Assembly: GCA_963677485.1 (NCBI GenBank)
Contig: OY781964.1
Coordinates: forward strand, 4,224,001 to 4,288,000
DNA length: 64,000 bases
Reading direction: 5' to 3'
DNA from: Armatimonadota bacterium
GTDB taxonomy: Bacteria; Armatimonadota; HRBIN16
Positions within the stretch are counted from its first letter, which is position 1; every line of letters begins with the position of its first letter. Shown here one piece after another: positions 1 to 9,563 of this stretch. The position numbers and the translations under genes were made by a program. Under the pieces are notes generated by a model, which saw only the letters and a list, made by a program, of their open reading frames with translations, was not told the DNA's origin and searched no databases.

Positions 1-2
1 GT

Positions 3-332
3 GTGCTGATGATGCCGGTGCTGACTATGATCGCTGTTGCTGCCGGGATTGCCGGAGGTTATTTGGTAGCATTAGGTCTTGGAGTACCCTCACAGAACTA
101 CATCATGTCGATTAGAGAACTGACAACCACAAAAGATATTTTCACAGGGCTAGGTAAAACATGCGTGTTTGGCCTTATCATTTCTGTGGTCGGATGCCGG
201 ACGGGGCTTCGGACCTCTGGTGGAGCCACCGGAGTGGGTTTGAGCACGACCAATAGCGTGGTGATCGGTGTATTGAGCATATTCGTAGTGAACTTCATCA
301 TGGCGTATCTGTTTTTTGGTACTGGACAATGA
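3..332 (+). CDS. mlaE: MlaE family ABC permease (C-terminal part; gene starts before the window)
   Basis: Hydrophobic ORF with G-L-x-T-x-GGA-x-GVG-x-STT-x-SVV motif typical of the MlaE C-terminus; directly upstream of an ABC ATPase and an MCE protein. Confidence 0.9.
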   Translation: MLMMPVLTMIAVAAGIAGGYLVALGLGVPSQNYIMSIRELTTTKDIFTGLGKTCVFGLIISVVGCRTGLRTSGGATGVGLSTTNSVVIGVLSIFVVNFIMAYLFFGTGQ

Positions 333-1108
333 CGGAAACAGCCAAGAAGGAGTGCCCGGACGTCATATGCTGCAAGGATCTATGTTACACCATTGATGGC
401 AAGAAGGTACTGCAAGGCATTACCGTGAGTATACCTAAGGGTGAGATATTCGCTGTCATGGGTACCTCGGGATGCGGAAAGACCACTTTTTTGAAACTAT
501 TAGGCGGGTTGATCAGGCCGACTTCAGGACAGATCAACATGCTGGATTACTCTCTAGCCAAAATGCCAGAAGTGAAACTGAGTAAAATCCGCTGCCATTT
601 CCAGCTAGTGTTTCAGTACTCTGCGTTGTTTGACTCACTGACTGTCGAACAGAATGTGGCGTTTGGCATGAGGCGGCATAAACCAATGTCCGCAAAGGAA
701 GCCAAACCTTTAGTCGCTGAAAAGCTGAAACTGGTGGGTATGGAAGGATCTGAACAGCTCTATCCTTCACAGCTTTCTGGTGGAATGCAAAAGCGGGTGG
801 GGCTGGCTCGTGCATTAGCACTGGAGCCTGAAGTCTTGTTATACGATGAGCCGACATCCGGGCTAGACCCGATATCTGCTGGAGCCATCAACAGCTTGAT
901 ACGAGAGACAGCCTTAAGCCTTGGTGTGACTTCCGTAGTGGTATCGCACGATGTGCAAGGCGTGCTGACGACAGCCAACCGGGTCATGATGCTGTCCGAC
1001 GGTGTCGCGAAGGCGATCGGCAGCCCTGAGGAGTTGATGCACCATCCTGACGAATCGGTCAGGGCATTTATACAAGCCGGTTTGTTGATTCAGAATGGAG
1101 GGATATAG
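329..1108 (+). CDS. mlaF: MlaF family ABC ATPase
   Basis: Walker A GTSGCGKT, signature LSGGMQKRVGLARAL, LLYDEPTSGLDP; ATGA overlap with mlaE. Confidence 0.93.
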   Translation: MTETAKKECPDVICCKDLCYTIDGKKVLQGITVSIPKGEIFAVMGTSGCGKTTFLKLLGGLIRPTSGQINMLDYSLAKMPEVKLSKIRCHFQLVFQYSALFDSLTVEQNVAFGMRRHKPMSAKEAKPLVAEKLKLVGMEGSEQLYPSQLSGGMQKRVGLARALALEPEVLLYDEPTSGLDPISAGAINSLIRETALSLGVTSVVVSHDVQGVLTTANRVMMLSDGVAKAIGSPEELMHHPDESVRAFIQAGLLIQNGGI

Positions 1109-1110
1109 CC

Positions 1111-2481
1111 ATGCTATCATCACGTAAAGCTGCGATTATGACCGGACTGACGATATTCATCGCAGCAGTGCTGTTATACGGACTTGTGACCCTGTTAAAA
1201 GGGCCGCTAGCTGGCAAAGGTGTTTATCATCTCCGGATGCTGCCAAACGATGCTATAGGCATTCAAAAACAGAGCCGGGTCTACATGGCTGGTGTCGAGG
1301 TTGGACAGGTAAAAACTGTGGAACTGTCCAAAAATCTGAAGGCTACGATTACTCTGGAGATCGATACCGATGTGGTCATTCCGAAAGGTTCTGTGGCCTC
1401 GCTTCAGTCACCTGGGATCGCTGGCGTCGATAAACTGGTCGCTATTATGCCAGGCCATGGTCCCGGTAGGTTAAAAGAAGGTGACATTCTACCGTGTTCC
1501 CTTCAGATTGGCATCATGGAGATGGGGCCTGTGATTGCTGACACTATGGTGAGTGCGAAGAGATTGATGGACACCACGAACAAGATGTTGACCGATGCCA
1601 CGATGCGCAGACAGATACACGAAACACTTAACAATGTGCAAAGGGCAACGGCCGGTGCGGCTGCACTGACACAGCAGGCGATGGTCAGCTTGCAGAAGTT
1701 GACCGATCATGTTGATGCGCTGGCGCGAGACGCCCAGGGGGCCAGTCGGCAGTTGCCGGCTACCATATCGGAGATGCGCATCGCATTGCAGAAGGCCCAA
1801 ACCTTGATCGATACTGCGAATAAAGCGACCGAAGGGATATCAAAACTAACCTCCGACCCTGAGGTACAGGCTTCCATAAAGTCTACGTCTGCGCAGATAG
1901 AGATTTTGTCCAAGCAGATGAATGACATTGCGAAAGGCATCAATAACATCACCGGGGACACCAAATTCCAAGAGGACATCAAGGGTACAGTCGCTAAGGC
2001 GAATGACACGATGGCTAGTGCTAAAGAGACAACCATCAAGGTTGGTAAATTCATGGACCGTGTCTTGGCCCCACCAAACTGGAAATTCGAGCCCCTCATC
2101 ACCCTAGAGTCTTTTGCACTACCGACCAATGGTACTGTGCGCTCGGACTTAAACATGCGGCTGCCACTGCCGAAAGGCTCCTTCTTGAGTCTGGGGCTAT
2201 ATGATGTGACGGAACGCGACTTAACCAATATCCAGTACGGGCTGGAATTGACACCTGGCCTTGAGGGCAGATATGGGCTATATGCTGGTAAGGCAGGAGC
2301 AGGCCTCGACTGGAATATCAGCCCCACATGGCAATTCCGCGGCGACCTGTGGAACCCCAACAACCTGCAGCTTGATGCTAAAGTGCGGTATCGCGGCGGC
2401 AAGCAGTGGAGCATCTGGGCGGGTATGGATAGCATATTCGACAAAGGTCTGCCTCTAGTCGGTGTTCAGATCAACAGATAG
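1111..2481 (+). CDS. mlaD: MlaD/MCE family protein with long helical region and C-terminal beta-strand-rich (barrel-like) domain
   Basis: N-terminal TM; MCE domain (GIQKQSRVYMAGVEVGQV); long helical middle; alternating aromatic/Gly strands at the C-terminus. Confidence 0.85.
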   Translation: MLSSRKAAIMTGLTIFIAAVLLYGLVTLLKGPLAGKGVYHLRMLPNDAIGIQKQSRVYMAGVEVGQVKTVELSKNLKATITLEIDTDVVIPKGSVASLQSPGIAGVDKLVAIMPGHGPGRLKEGDILPCSLQIGIMEMGPVIADTMVSAKRLMDTTNKMLTDATMRRQIHETLNNVQRATAGAAALTQQAMVSLQKLTDHVDALARDAQGASRQLPATISEMRIALQKAQTLIDTANKATEGISKLTSDPEVQASIKSTSAQIEILSKQMNDIAKGINNITGDTKFQEDIKGTVAKANDTMASAKETTIKVGKFMDRVLAPPNWKFEPLITLESFALPTNGTVRSDLNMRLPLPKGSFLSLGLYDVTERDLTNIQYGLELTPGLEGRYGLYAGKAGAGLDWNISPTWQFRGDLWNPNNLQLDAKVRYRGGKQWSIWAGMDSIFDKGLPLVGVQINR

Positions 2482-2531
2482 ACACCCCCAGGCTGGGATA
2501 GAATATAAATAACTAGTAGGAGGACGAACTG

Positions 2532-2993
2532 ATGGCAATACAAGTTCTGTTTCGTAAGGACGTGCCTGGAGTGGGCAAAAAAGGTGAGGTAAAGAGTGTA
2601 TCTGAAGGTTACGCTCGCAACTATCTGCTACCCAAGGGGCTGGCAGTAGAGGCTGATAAAGGCATTATGAACAACATCGCATTACGCGAAAAGAATGATG
2701 CCGCGAAGGACCAGGTGGCCCGGGCAAAGGCTCAGGAGCAGACCGATATACTCAAAGGCAAGACGGTTGTGATCAAAGCAAAAGGCGGCAAAGACGGCAC
2801 CAAGCTGTTCGGTGCAGTCACCGCGCAGCACATCGTGGATGCCCTGAAATCCGACTTCAAGATGAACATCGATAAACGCAAGGTCATTTTGAAGGAGCCG
2901 ATTAAGATTGCTGGCAACTACATCATTAGTCTGCATCTATACCACGATGTAACCGCTACCGTTACGATTGTGGTTGAGGCCGTGGCCCAATAA
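2532..2993 (+). CDS. rplI: 50S ribosomal protein L9
   Basis: [28 protein letters not shown] and KLFGAVT motifs; GGAGG RBS upstream. Confidence 0.98.
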   Translation: MAIQVLFRKDVPGVGKKGEVKSVSEGYARNYLLPKGLAVEADKGIMNNIALREKNDAAKDQVARAKAQEQTDILKGKTVVIKAKGGKDGTKLFGAVTAQHIVDALKSDFKMNIDKRKVILKEPIKIAGNYIISLHLYHDVTATVTIVVEAVAQ

Positions 2994-4430
2994 ATGGCCT
3001 TTGGCGATAACCAGCACTCGACACGAAGTGAGGCGTCATCGACAGCCAATCCCCAGATGATGCCTCATGACCTGGATGCCGAACAGGCGACTTTAGGCGC
3101 AATGCTCATTGATGGAGCAGCGACCGAACGCATGGCGGAAGTTCTTGATAGCGATGACTTCTACCGTCCTGCCAATCGCACCTTGTTCGAAAGCATGATA
3201 TCCCTTGCTACACGCAATGAGGCCGTTGACCTGGTCACCACCACAAATGAGCTAAAACGCCAGGGTAAGCTGGACGATGTTGGTGGGGCGCCGTTCCTTG
3301 CAATGCTGATGGAGGCGGTGCCTAACGCCGCGAACGTCGAGTATTATGCGAACATCGTGCAGGCGATGGGGCGGCGACGCAGACTAATGCGGGCTGGCCT
3401 CGATATCGTTAGACTCGCGAGTGGGACAGACGAAGATCCCAGGACGATGACAGAGCTGATAGACGATGCCGAGTCGCGCATATATCAAGTGGCCAGAAGC
3501 CGTGATGTATCGGGGCTGATGCATATACAACCGATGCTGGGTGCCGCGTTTGACCAGATCGAGACTCTGTTCCATGAGAAGAAGCATGTGACTGGAGTTC
3601 CGACTGGATACCAGTATCTAGATGAGATGACGGCAGGTTGGCAGCGCGGTGATCTGGTGATCGTTGCGGCACGTCCGAGTATGGGTAAGACCAGCCTCGC
3701 GATGAACATGGCAGAATACTGCAGCATTCACCATGGAAGCACTGTGGCTGTGTTTAGCTTGGAAATGGGCAAAGAACAACTGGTCCAGCGCATGATCTGC
3801 AGTCAAGCCGAAGTGAACGGCAACCTGTTGCGGCAGGGGCGGGTCCCTGAAGAAGCGTGGGATCGGATCCAGACGGCAGTCAGCCGGTTGTGGGAGGCTA
3901 AGATTTTCATCGACGATACACCCTCAGCCTCCGCGTTGGAAATCCGCAGCAAATGCCGCAGATTAAAAAGCGAGCATGGTTTGGACTTGGTGGTGATTGA
4001 CTACCTACAACTCATGCGTGGCCACCGGAAGAACGAGAACCGAAACCAGGAGATATCGGACATCGCCCATGCGTTAAAGGCACTTGCCCGCGAGGTACAA
4101 GCACCTGTGATCGCTTTGTCGCAGCTTTCGCGGTCGGTTGAAAGCCGTGATGATAAACGTCCGATGTTGAGCGACTTGCGCGACTCAGGAACAATTGAGC
4201 AGGCAGCGGATGTCGTGGCTTTCATCTATAGAGACACTTATTACAAGCAAAAAGCGTTGAAGAACGGCGATGAAGGCGAGTTCGAACAGGTTAGGCCGAT
4301 ACCTGGTGCAGTGGAGAAGGCCGAAATCATCGTAGCAAAACAGAGAAATGGTCCGACAGGCAGCGTGAAGGTTGGATTTAAGGCCGACTACGCGCGATTT
4401 GTGCCGTTGGACTTTACGTCGGAGGAATAG
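2994..4430 (+). CDS. dnaB: Replicative DNA helicase DnaB
   Basis: AARPSMGKT, FSLEM, DYLQLM, LSQLSR, SDLRDSGTIEQAAD and KQRNGPTG motifs. Confidence 0.98.
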   Translation: MAFGDNQHSTRSEASSTANPQMMPHDLDAEQATLGAMLIDGAATERMAEVLDSDDFYRPANRTLFESMISLATRNEAVDLVTTTNELKRQGKLDDVGGAPFLAMLMEAVPNAANVEYYANIVQAMGRRRRLMRAGLDIVRLASGTDEDPRTMTELIDDAESRIYQVARSRDVSGLMHIQPMLGAAFDQIETLFHEKKHVTGVPTGYQYLDEMTAGWQRGDLVIVAARPSMGKTSLAMNMAEYCSIHHGSTVAVFSLEMGKEQLVQRMICSQAEVNGNLLRQGRVPEEAWDRIQTAVSRLWEAKIFIDDTPSASALEIRSKCRRLKSEHGLDLVVIDYLQLMRGHRKNENRNQEISDIAHALKALAREVQAPVIALSQLSRSVESRDDKRPMLSDLRDSGTIEQAADVVAFIYRDTYYKQKALKNGDEGEFEQVRPIPGAVEKAEIIVAKQRNGPTGSVKVGFKADYARFVPLDFTSEE

Positions 4431-4433
4431 ACC

Positions 4434-5717
4434 ATGAGGATCATGATAGTGGGCGGTGGTGGCCGTGAACACGCGATAGCGTGGAAACTGGCTCAGAGCC
4501 CCCGTGTTAAAAAAATTTACTCTGCGCCTGGAAATGCTGGAATTGCTGATGTCGCTGAATGCGTAGATATCAACGTGAAGGATATTCAAGGGCTTGCCAG
4601 TTTTGCAGAGCAGAATGCGATTGACATCACGGTGGTCGGTCCTGAGACCCCTTTAATCGCCGGAATTGTGGATACCTTCCAGCAACGTGGTTTGCTGGTG
4701 TTTGGACCGAGCTCCGATCCTGCCCAGCTGGAAGGCAGCAAGAGCTTTGCTAAAGATATGATGCGTCGGTACCAGATACCAACGGCAGACTACGCCAGTT
4801 TTACCGACTCGGCAACCGCCATAGAGTATCTGAAGGGGTTGTGGGACAAGGGTACACGCAGTATTGTGATCAAGGCTGATGGTGAGGCCGCCGGTAAGGG
4901 CGTGCTGATGATCAATAGCTACGATGAGGCAGTTGACGGAGTGGTGAGCCTGCTTGACCAAAGAGTATTAGGTGAGGCTGGCCGCCAGATCGTGATCGAA
5001 GAACGTCTGGTCGGTGAGGAGGTCAGCCTTCTTGCCATTACCGATGGCTTTACGGCCCTGGCTTGCCCCAGCGTTCAGGATAACAAACGCGCACTTGATG
5101 GCGACCGCGGACTCAACACTGGTGGAATGGGCTGTGTCAGTCCTGTGCCTTTCTTTACCCCTGAGATGGCTAAAGAAGCACTTGATAAGGTGATCATGCC
5201 GGCCATTCAAGCCAGCCGAGATAGAGGTATCCCATTTAAGGGTGTGTTGTATGGCGGTTTGATGCTTCCGCCTGACGGTGTAAAGGCTCTTGAGTATAAC
5301 GTGCGGTTCGGCGACCCCGAAACGCAGTGCTTGATGCCGTTACTAGATACGGATTTCCTGGATATTATTGAAGCGGTGATCGAATGCCGGCTTGACAAGC
5401 TGCCGATTCAATGGAAGAGCCAGAGTGTGGTCTGCGTGATCGTGGCCTCTGGCGGCTACCCTGGAAAGTATCAAACTGGTCTGCCCATCAGTGGCCTCAA
5501 AGAAGCCAACTCTATCCCCGGGGTGACCGTGTTCCATGCGGGCACGGCATTTGACGCCGAGGGGCGAGTGGTGACGGCTGGCGGTCGCGTGCTGGCGGTT
5601 ACAGGGGTAGCGAACACCATTGCCGAGGCGCGGGATCTTGCCTACAAAGGTGTGAGCCACATCAAATTCGACCAGATGCATTACCGTACAGACATTGGTG
5701 CTAAGTTCATCAAATAG
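4434..5717 (+). CDS. purD: Phosphoribosylamine--glycine ligase
   Basis: GGGGREHA, APGNAG, LEGSKSFAK, NTGGMG, EYNVRFGDPETQ and GGRVL motifs. Confidence 0.98.
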   Translation: MRIMIVGGGGREHAIAWKLAQSPRVKKIYSAPGNAGIADVAECVDINVKDIQGLASFAEQNAIDITVVGPETPLIAGIVDTFQQRGLLVFGPSSDPAQLEGSKSFAKDMMRRYQIPTADYASFTDSATAIEYLKGLWDKGTRSIVIKADGEAAGKGVLMINSYDEAVDGVVSLLDQRVLGEAGRQIVIEERLVGEEVSLLAITDGFTALACPSVQDNKRALDGDRGLNTGGMGCVSPVPFFTPEMAKEALDKVIMPAIQASRDRGIPFKGVLYGGLMLPPDGVKALEYNVRFGDPETQCLMPLLDTDFLDIIEAVIECRLDKLPIQWKSQSVVCVIVASGGYPGKYQTGLPISGLKEANSIPGVTVFHAGTAFDAEGRVVTAGGRVLAVTGVANTIAEARDLAYKGVSHIKFDQMHYRTDIGAKFIK

Positions 5718-5744
5718 ACGGCTGCTGTATCGATGTTGCCAATC

Positions 5745-5781
5745 GACCGTCTCGGCTATGTGCCGAGACGGTCTTACTTTT
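5745..5781 (+). terminator. Intrinsic terminator after purD
   Basis: 12-bp stem gaccgtctcggc/gccgagacggtc followed by ttactttt. Confidence 0.75.
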
Positions 5782-5875
5782 AAGATATGTCTAGAATTCG
5801 GCTCATCGTATGGAATAATCTGACTAGTTCGTGCATCTTTATATTGGAACGACGAAAGACGAAGTGACTGGTGTG

Positions 5876-7954
5876 ATGGAAGAGACTGATATCATCAAGC
5901 GAGCGCAATCGGGTAGCCATCCGGCATTCGACCTGCTGGTAGACCGGTATTACCACATGGTGTATGGGATAGCATCCCGTATGTCTGGCAATGCAGTCGA
6001 TGCCGATGAGTTGACCCACGATATCTTCGTTGAGGCTTACCTGAAAATCGGGCAGATCAAGAACCACGAAAGGTTCGGGGGCTGGCTGAAGGTACTGGCG
6101 ATGAACACCTGCCGAATGTGGATCAGACACCGGCGTCGATTGCAGACTGTGCCTCTCAACGATGAAATACTCGTGAGTGTGGATGAACCAAGCAGATGGT
6201 ATGGCCATATTTATAGCGGTATGTCACGTCTGACGGCAGCCCACCGCATGGTGTTAGCTCTTCACTACTTTGAGGGACTGCTATATGCCGATATCGCCAG
6301 GTTCCTTGATGTGCCGACAGGCACAGTGATGAGCCGTCTGAGCCGTGCCCGCAAGTTGTTGAAGGAGGAAATAGAAATGGAAAATGCTGACTGTGACCAT
6401 ACGGAGATCGCAGACATTCGGATTAAGGAAGAGATTCAAGCGGAGGTCGCCTTATTGCTGTCAATGAGGGGCGTCAAGAGTGCCACCGGTACGCGACTGA
6501 GGGCGGTGTTTGAGAAGTCCCCAGAACGACTGACACTGATGCTTGACGACGCATCAGATTCGGTGTTGACGAACATCGCGATGGTGCTGCCGCGACTGAG
6601 CGCAGATGCCTGTCATGCGGTCTTTCGAGAGTGCTTCTCCAGTTCACCGATGCGTGCAGACCGGGCCCGCGTGGTGTTGCGTGAGTATATGAAGTTGTGT
6701 GAGCCAGAATCGGTGCCCGGTGCGGAGCTACACATGGCCTCATATCGGGCGTATGAGCTGGTTTACCGTCTGCTGAATTCGGATATGGTGACCTCAATGA
6801 AACTCAGCCTGCTGATGTTGTGCTCAGAGGAAGCACACGACCAAGCCGCCAGAGCACTATTCATCAGCACGATGTGTCTGTATGGCGATGAGGCATTTGA
6901 GACGTTATGGAGCCAGTATATGGCCCCCTCAACTCATGGTGAGCAATGGGTGAAACACGCACTAGCTCGGTTCGGAACGCGGTTTTTGAACCGTGTATCC
7001 GAATTGGTTAAAAGTGAGCAGCCGGAGATGCTGTTGAAAGGGCTTACGGGATTTGAACTGATCGTCCGGTCTATGAAACACCCGTGGAGTGTGGATGCTT
7101 CCGCTCAGAAACTGAACCACGAACGGCGAATCGCCGTGAAGTATCCAGCCCTATCGCCAGATGATCTCGATGGCGATGTGCTTCAATCGACAGCAGACCA
7201 GATAGCACTATTGACTGAGAGTCCGAGTGTTGAGGTCCGTGATTACTGCATACGGATACTCGCCATACTGAAGAATGACCGTTACACCAGTCATATTCGG
7301 CGCGGGTTGGCAAGCGACACTTTGTCGACAATGTTATGTGCAATCCGCGCTGTGGCTGACATTGGTGATGTCGAATCGGTGAGTATATTAACCGAGATGC
7401 TCAACAAGGTGAGTGTCGATGAGCAGGTGGCCTGCCTTGATGCCTTGGGAGCTATGGGCGTAGCTGATGCTGTACCAAATATCGCAGCACTAGTGGATGA
7501 CCCACATGAGGTTGTGAGAGCCTCTGCTGTGGCAGCCTTGGGCGGGATAGCCACTGCTGAAGCAAAGCTGATACTGTCGGGTCTGATGTCCACGGGCGAA
7601 GCCGCCACAAGAAGACTTGCTGCAAAAGCCTTGTATGGTGGGGAAACCCCTCGTCAAGCACCTCTGTCAGAGGTCCAGCGTCGTCTGGCGGAGAAACGCA
7701 AGCGGATGGTTCAGCCAGTTTGCTTCATTTCGCTTGATGCCGTAATGCGTTACGGATTGCCAGAGCTGCGCATCTACGATGAGAAAGAGCTGACCGAACG
7801 AATTGCCTGTGTATGCGAGGACTACTGCGCCGCACGCAGATACCTTGTTGAATACAGGCTGATGAACCGAGATAACGGACGCTACAGTTTCACACCACAG
7901 GGTGAGAGGATGTGGCATGTAGAACAAGCGATCATGAATGGGGTTGAGATATGA
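5876..7954 (+). CDS. ECF sigma factor with long C-terminal extension (HEAT repeats and DUF2087-like winged helix)
   Basis: Sigma2 (AFDLLVDRY..DADELTHDIF..FGGWL) and sigma4 (YADIARFLDVPTGTVMSRLSRAR); HEAT-like VRASAVAALG repeats; terminal YDEKELTERI..DYCAARRYLVEY; ATG 5876 preferred to GTG 5831. Confidence 0.85.
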   Translation: MEETDIIKRAQSGSHPAFDLLVDRYYHMVYGIASRMSGNAVDADELTHDIFVEAYLKIGQIKNHERFGGWLKVLAMNTCRMWIRHRRRLQTVPLNDEILVSVDEPSRWYGHIYSGMSRLTAAHRMVLALHYFEGLLYADIARFLDVPTGTVMSRLSRARKLLKEEIEMENADCDHTEIADIRIKEEIQAEVALLLSMRGVKSATGTRLRAVFEKSPERLTLMLDDASDSVLTNIAMVLPRLSADACHAVFRECFSSSPMRADRARVVLREYMKLCEPESVPGAELHMASYRAYELVYRLLNSDMVTSMKLSLLMLCSEEAHDQAARALFISTMCLYGDEAFETLWSQYMAPSTHGEQWVKHALARFGTRFLNRVSELVKSEQPEMLLKGLTGFELIVRSMKHPWSVDASAQKLNHERRIAVKYPALSPDDLDGDVLQSTADQIALLTESPSVEVRDYCIRILAILKNDRYTSHIRRGLASDTLSTMLCAIRAVADIGDVESVSILTEMLNKVSVDEQVACLDALGAMGVADAVPNIAALVDDPHEVVRASAVAALGGIATAEAKLILSGLMSTGEAATRRLAAKALYGGETPRQAPLSEVQRRLAEKRKRMVQPVCFISLDAVMRYGLPELRIYDEKELTERIACVCEDYCAARRYLVEYRLMNRDNGRYSFTPQGERMWHVEQAIMNGVEI

Positions 7955-8667
7955 ATATCCTGGTAGTCAATGGTAGTCCGCGTGGAGCACATGGAAACAC
8001 TGAGGTGTTGATCCATGCGTTCCTGGCGGGGGCTGTATCGGAAGGCGATACCGTCAGCAGTATCGAATTGAAAGACAAGAAGATAGAACACTGTAAGGGT
8101 TGCTTTACCTGCTGGACGACCACCCCCGGTATTTGCTGTCAGCATGATGATATGGAGCAAATACTGAACAGCGGCACGAGCGTCGATATCCTGGTGCTTG
8201 GCAGCCCGCTCTATATCTACAACTTCAGCGGGTTAATGAAGGACTTCATGGATCGACTGCTGCCGACGGCCCAGCCATTTATCGATGTCAACAATGGTGT
8301 GAGCACTCATCCATCGCGGTATGCTCATTTCAAGCCTAAGGCGATTGTGTTGGTCTCAAATAGCGGTTTTCCAGAGGTGAGCCATTTCGACGGAATGAAG
8401 CAGGTTTTTCGCCAGAGTTTCGGCGTGGCCAGCCCGATGATCTGCTGTGCCGGAGGGGCGATGTTGGCAAATCCTGCCCTGCGAAGCTCCGTTCACTGGT
8501 ATCTGCAGGCAGTTCAGGAGGCTGGACGGCAGGTGGCTGAGACGGGTTCTATCAACTCGGAAACTCAATCGATCCTCGATCGGCCCTTGGTTGATGATTC
8601 AGCAGCATACGCAGAGCGGCTGAACAGTCACTGGGAATCACTGGGTCTGACCAGGCTGCCATCATAA
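7951..8667 (+). CDS. Flavodoxin-fold iron-sulfur flavoprotein / NADPH-dependent FMN reductase family
   Basis: NGSPR..GNT, CKGCFTCW..C..DDM and GSPLY..SGLMKDFMDR motifs; overlaps the sigma factor stop codon. Confidence 0.9.
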   Translation: MNILVVNGSPRGAHGNTEVLIHAFLAGAVSEGDTVSSIELKDKKIEHCKGCFTCWTTTPGICCQHDDMEQILNSGTSVDILVLGSPLYIYNFSGLMKDFMDRLLPTAQPFIDVNNGVSTHPSRYAHFKPKAIVLVSNSGFPEVSHFDGMKQVFRQSFGVASPMICCAGGAMLANPALRSSVHWYLQAVQEAGRQVAETGSINSETQSILDRPLVDDSAAYAERLNSHWESLGLTRLPS

Positions 8668-8671
8668 ACAA

Positions 8672-8704
8672 AATCCCCGGTAAGCTATCAGCTTGCCGGG
8701 GATT
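8672..8704. terminator. Bidirectional terminator-like hairpin between convergent genes
   Basis: aatccccggtaagct / agcttgccggggatt stem. Confidence 0.7.
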
Positions 8705-8728
8705 AGAATTGTCAGCCGTGGTTTGGCC

Positions 8729-9274
8729 TTAGAAGCGGTAACCGACCTTAATACCCCAACCGTCATCAAGTGCGTTGTCATTCAGCACATTCCAGTTGAT
8801 TTCGGCCCGCCAAAAATCAGCGCGATATCCCAGGGCGATTGACCCTACGAGCTTCGTGTTGTTTCGTGTGTCGCCGTTTAGGTCCATGTGGCTGTAGCTA
8901 ATACCGAGGGCTGGTGCTGCATATACTGTGCCGTCTGTATTGAGGGCATAGCGTAGTCCAACCATAGGGGCCACTCGATAGGCTTGCGTACTGACCTTGG
9001 TTAGTGGGAAGGTGATCATCTCTTCTTTTACTGTAAAGAAGTCCGCTTCTACACTCAGGAAATAGTCGACTGCAGGGTTCTGCTTGAAAGTGTAGCTGCC
9101 AGTCAGCGAAACACCGGCGTCAGCCTTGATAGTAGAGCCTATATGGGTTTCATCAAGTGAGCTTTGATACATACCTATAGAGGCTACCCAGGGTTTTTCG
9201 ATATCCTGAGCGAAAGCGGCACATACGGAGCCTAACATCGCTCCTGCTACTAGAACGGCGGTGATCTTGTTCAT
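8729..9274 (-). CDS. Small outer-membrane beta-barrel protein
   Basis: Signal peptide ending AFA-Q; amphipathic strands; C-terminal VGYRF beta-signal; AGGAG RBS before ATG 9274. Confidence 0.8.
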   Translation of the reverse strand: MNKITAVLVAGAMLGSVCAAFAQDIEKPWVASIGMYQSSLDETHIGSTIKADAGVSLTGSYTFKQNPAVDYFLSVEADFFTVKEEMITFPLTKVSTQAYRVAPMVGLRYALNTDGTVYAAPALGISYSHMDLNGDTRNNTKLVGSIALGYRADFWRAEINWNVLNDNALDDGWGIKVGYRF

Positions 9275-9563
9275 ACGTTCCTCCTGTAAGGACAATGGTA
9301 TACCAGATGGATGAATGCGTATTCCATCTCTTCATTTATACCCTATATGTAAACATCAATACAGCATTATTAACGGGATTACCCGCATTGGCGTATATGT
9401 ATTTGCGTGATTCGGCTTGTCATTGTCTTGTTCCGGAGCTTTTGTATCACTCAGAGATGCTTTTCCGATAGAGTTGCAGATGCTCGCGTGAAAGGCTATA
9501 GTAGAATTGAGCGTCAGATGCTTGGCGCAAAGTCGTATGAAGTTACTATTGAGAGGTGTTCCT

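Noticed and set aside
2994-4430. Intein in DnaB
   Set aside because: 478 aa is normal length and the helicase motifs are contiguous.
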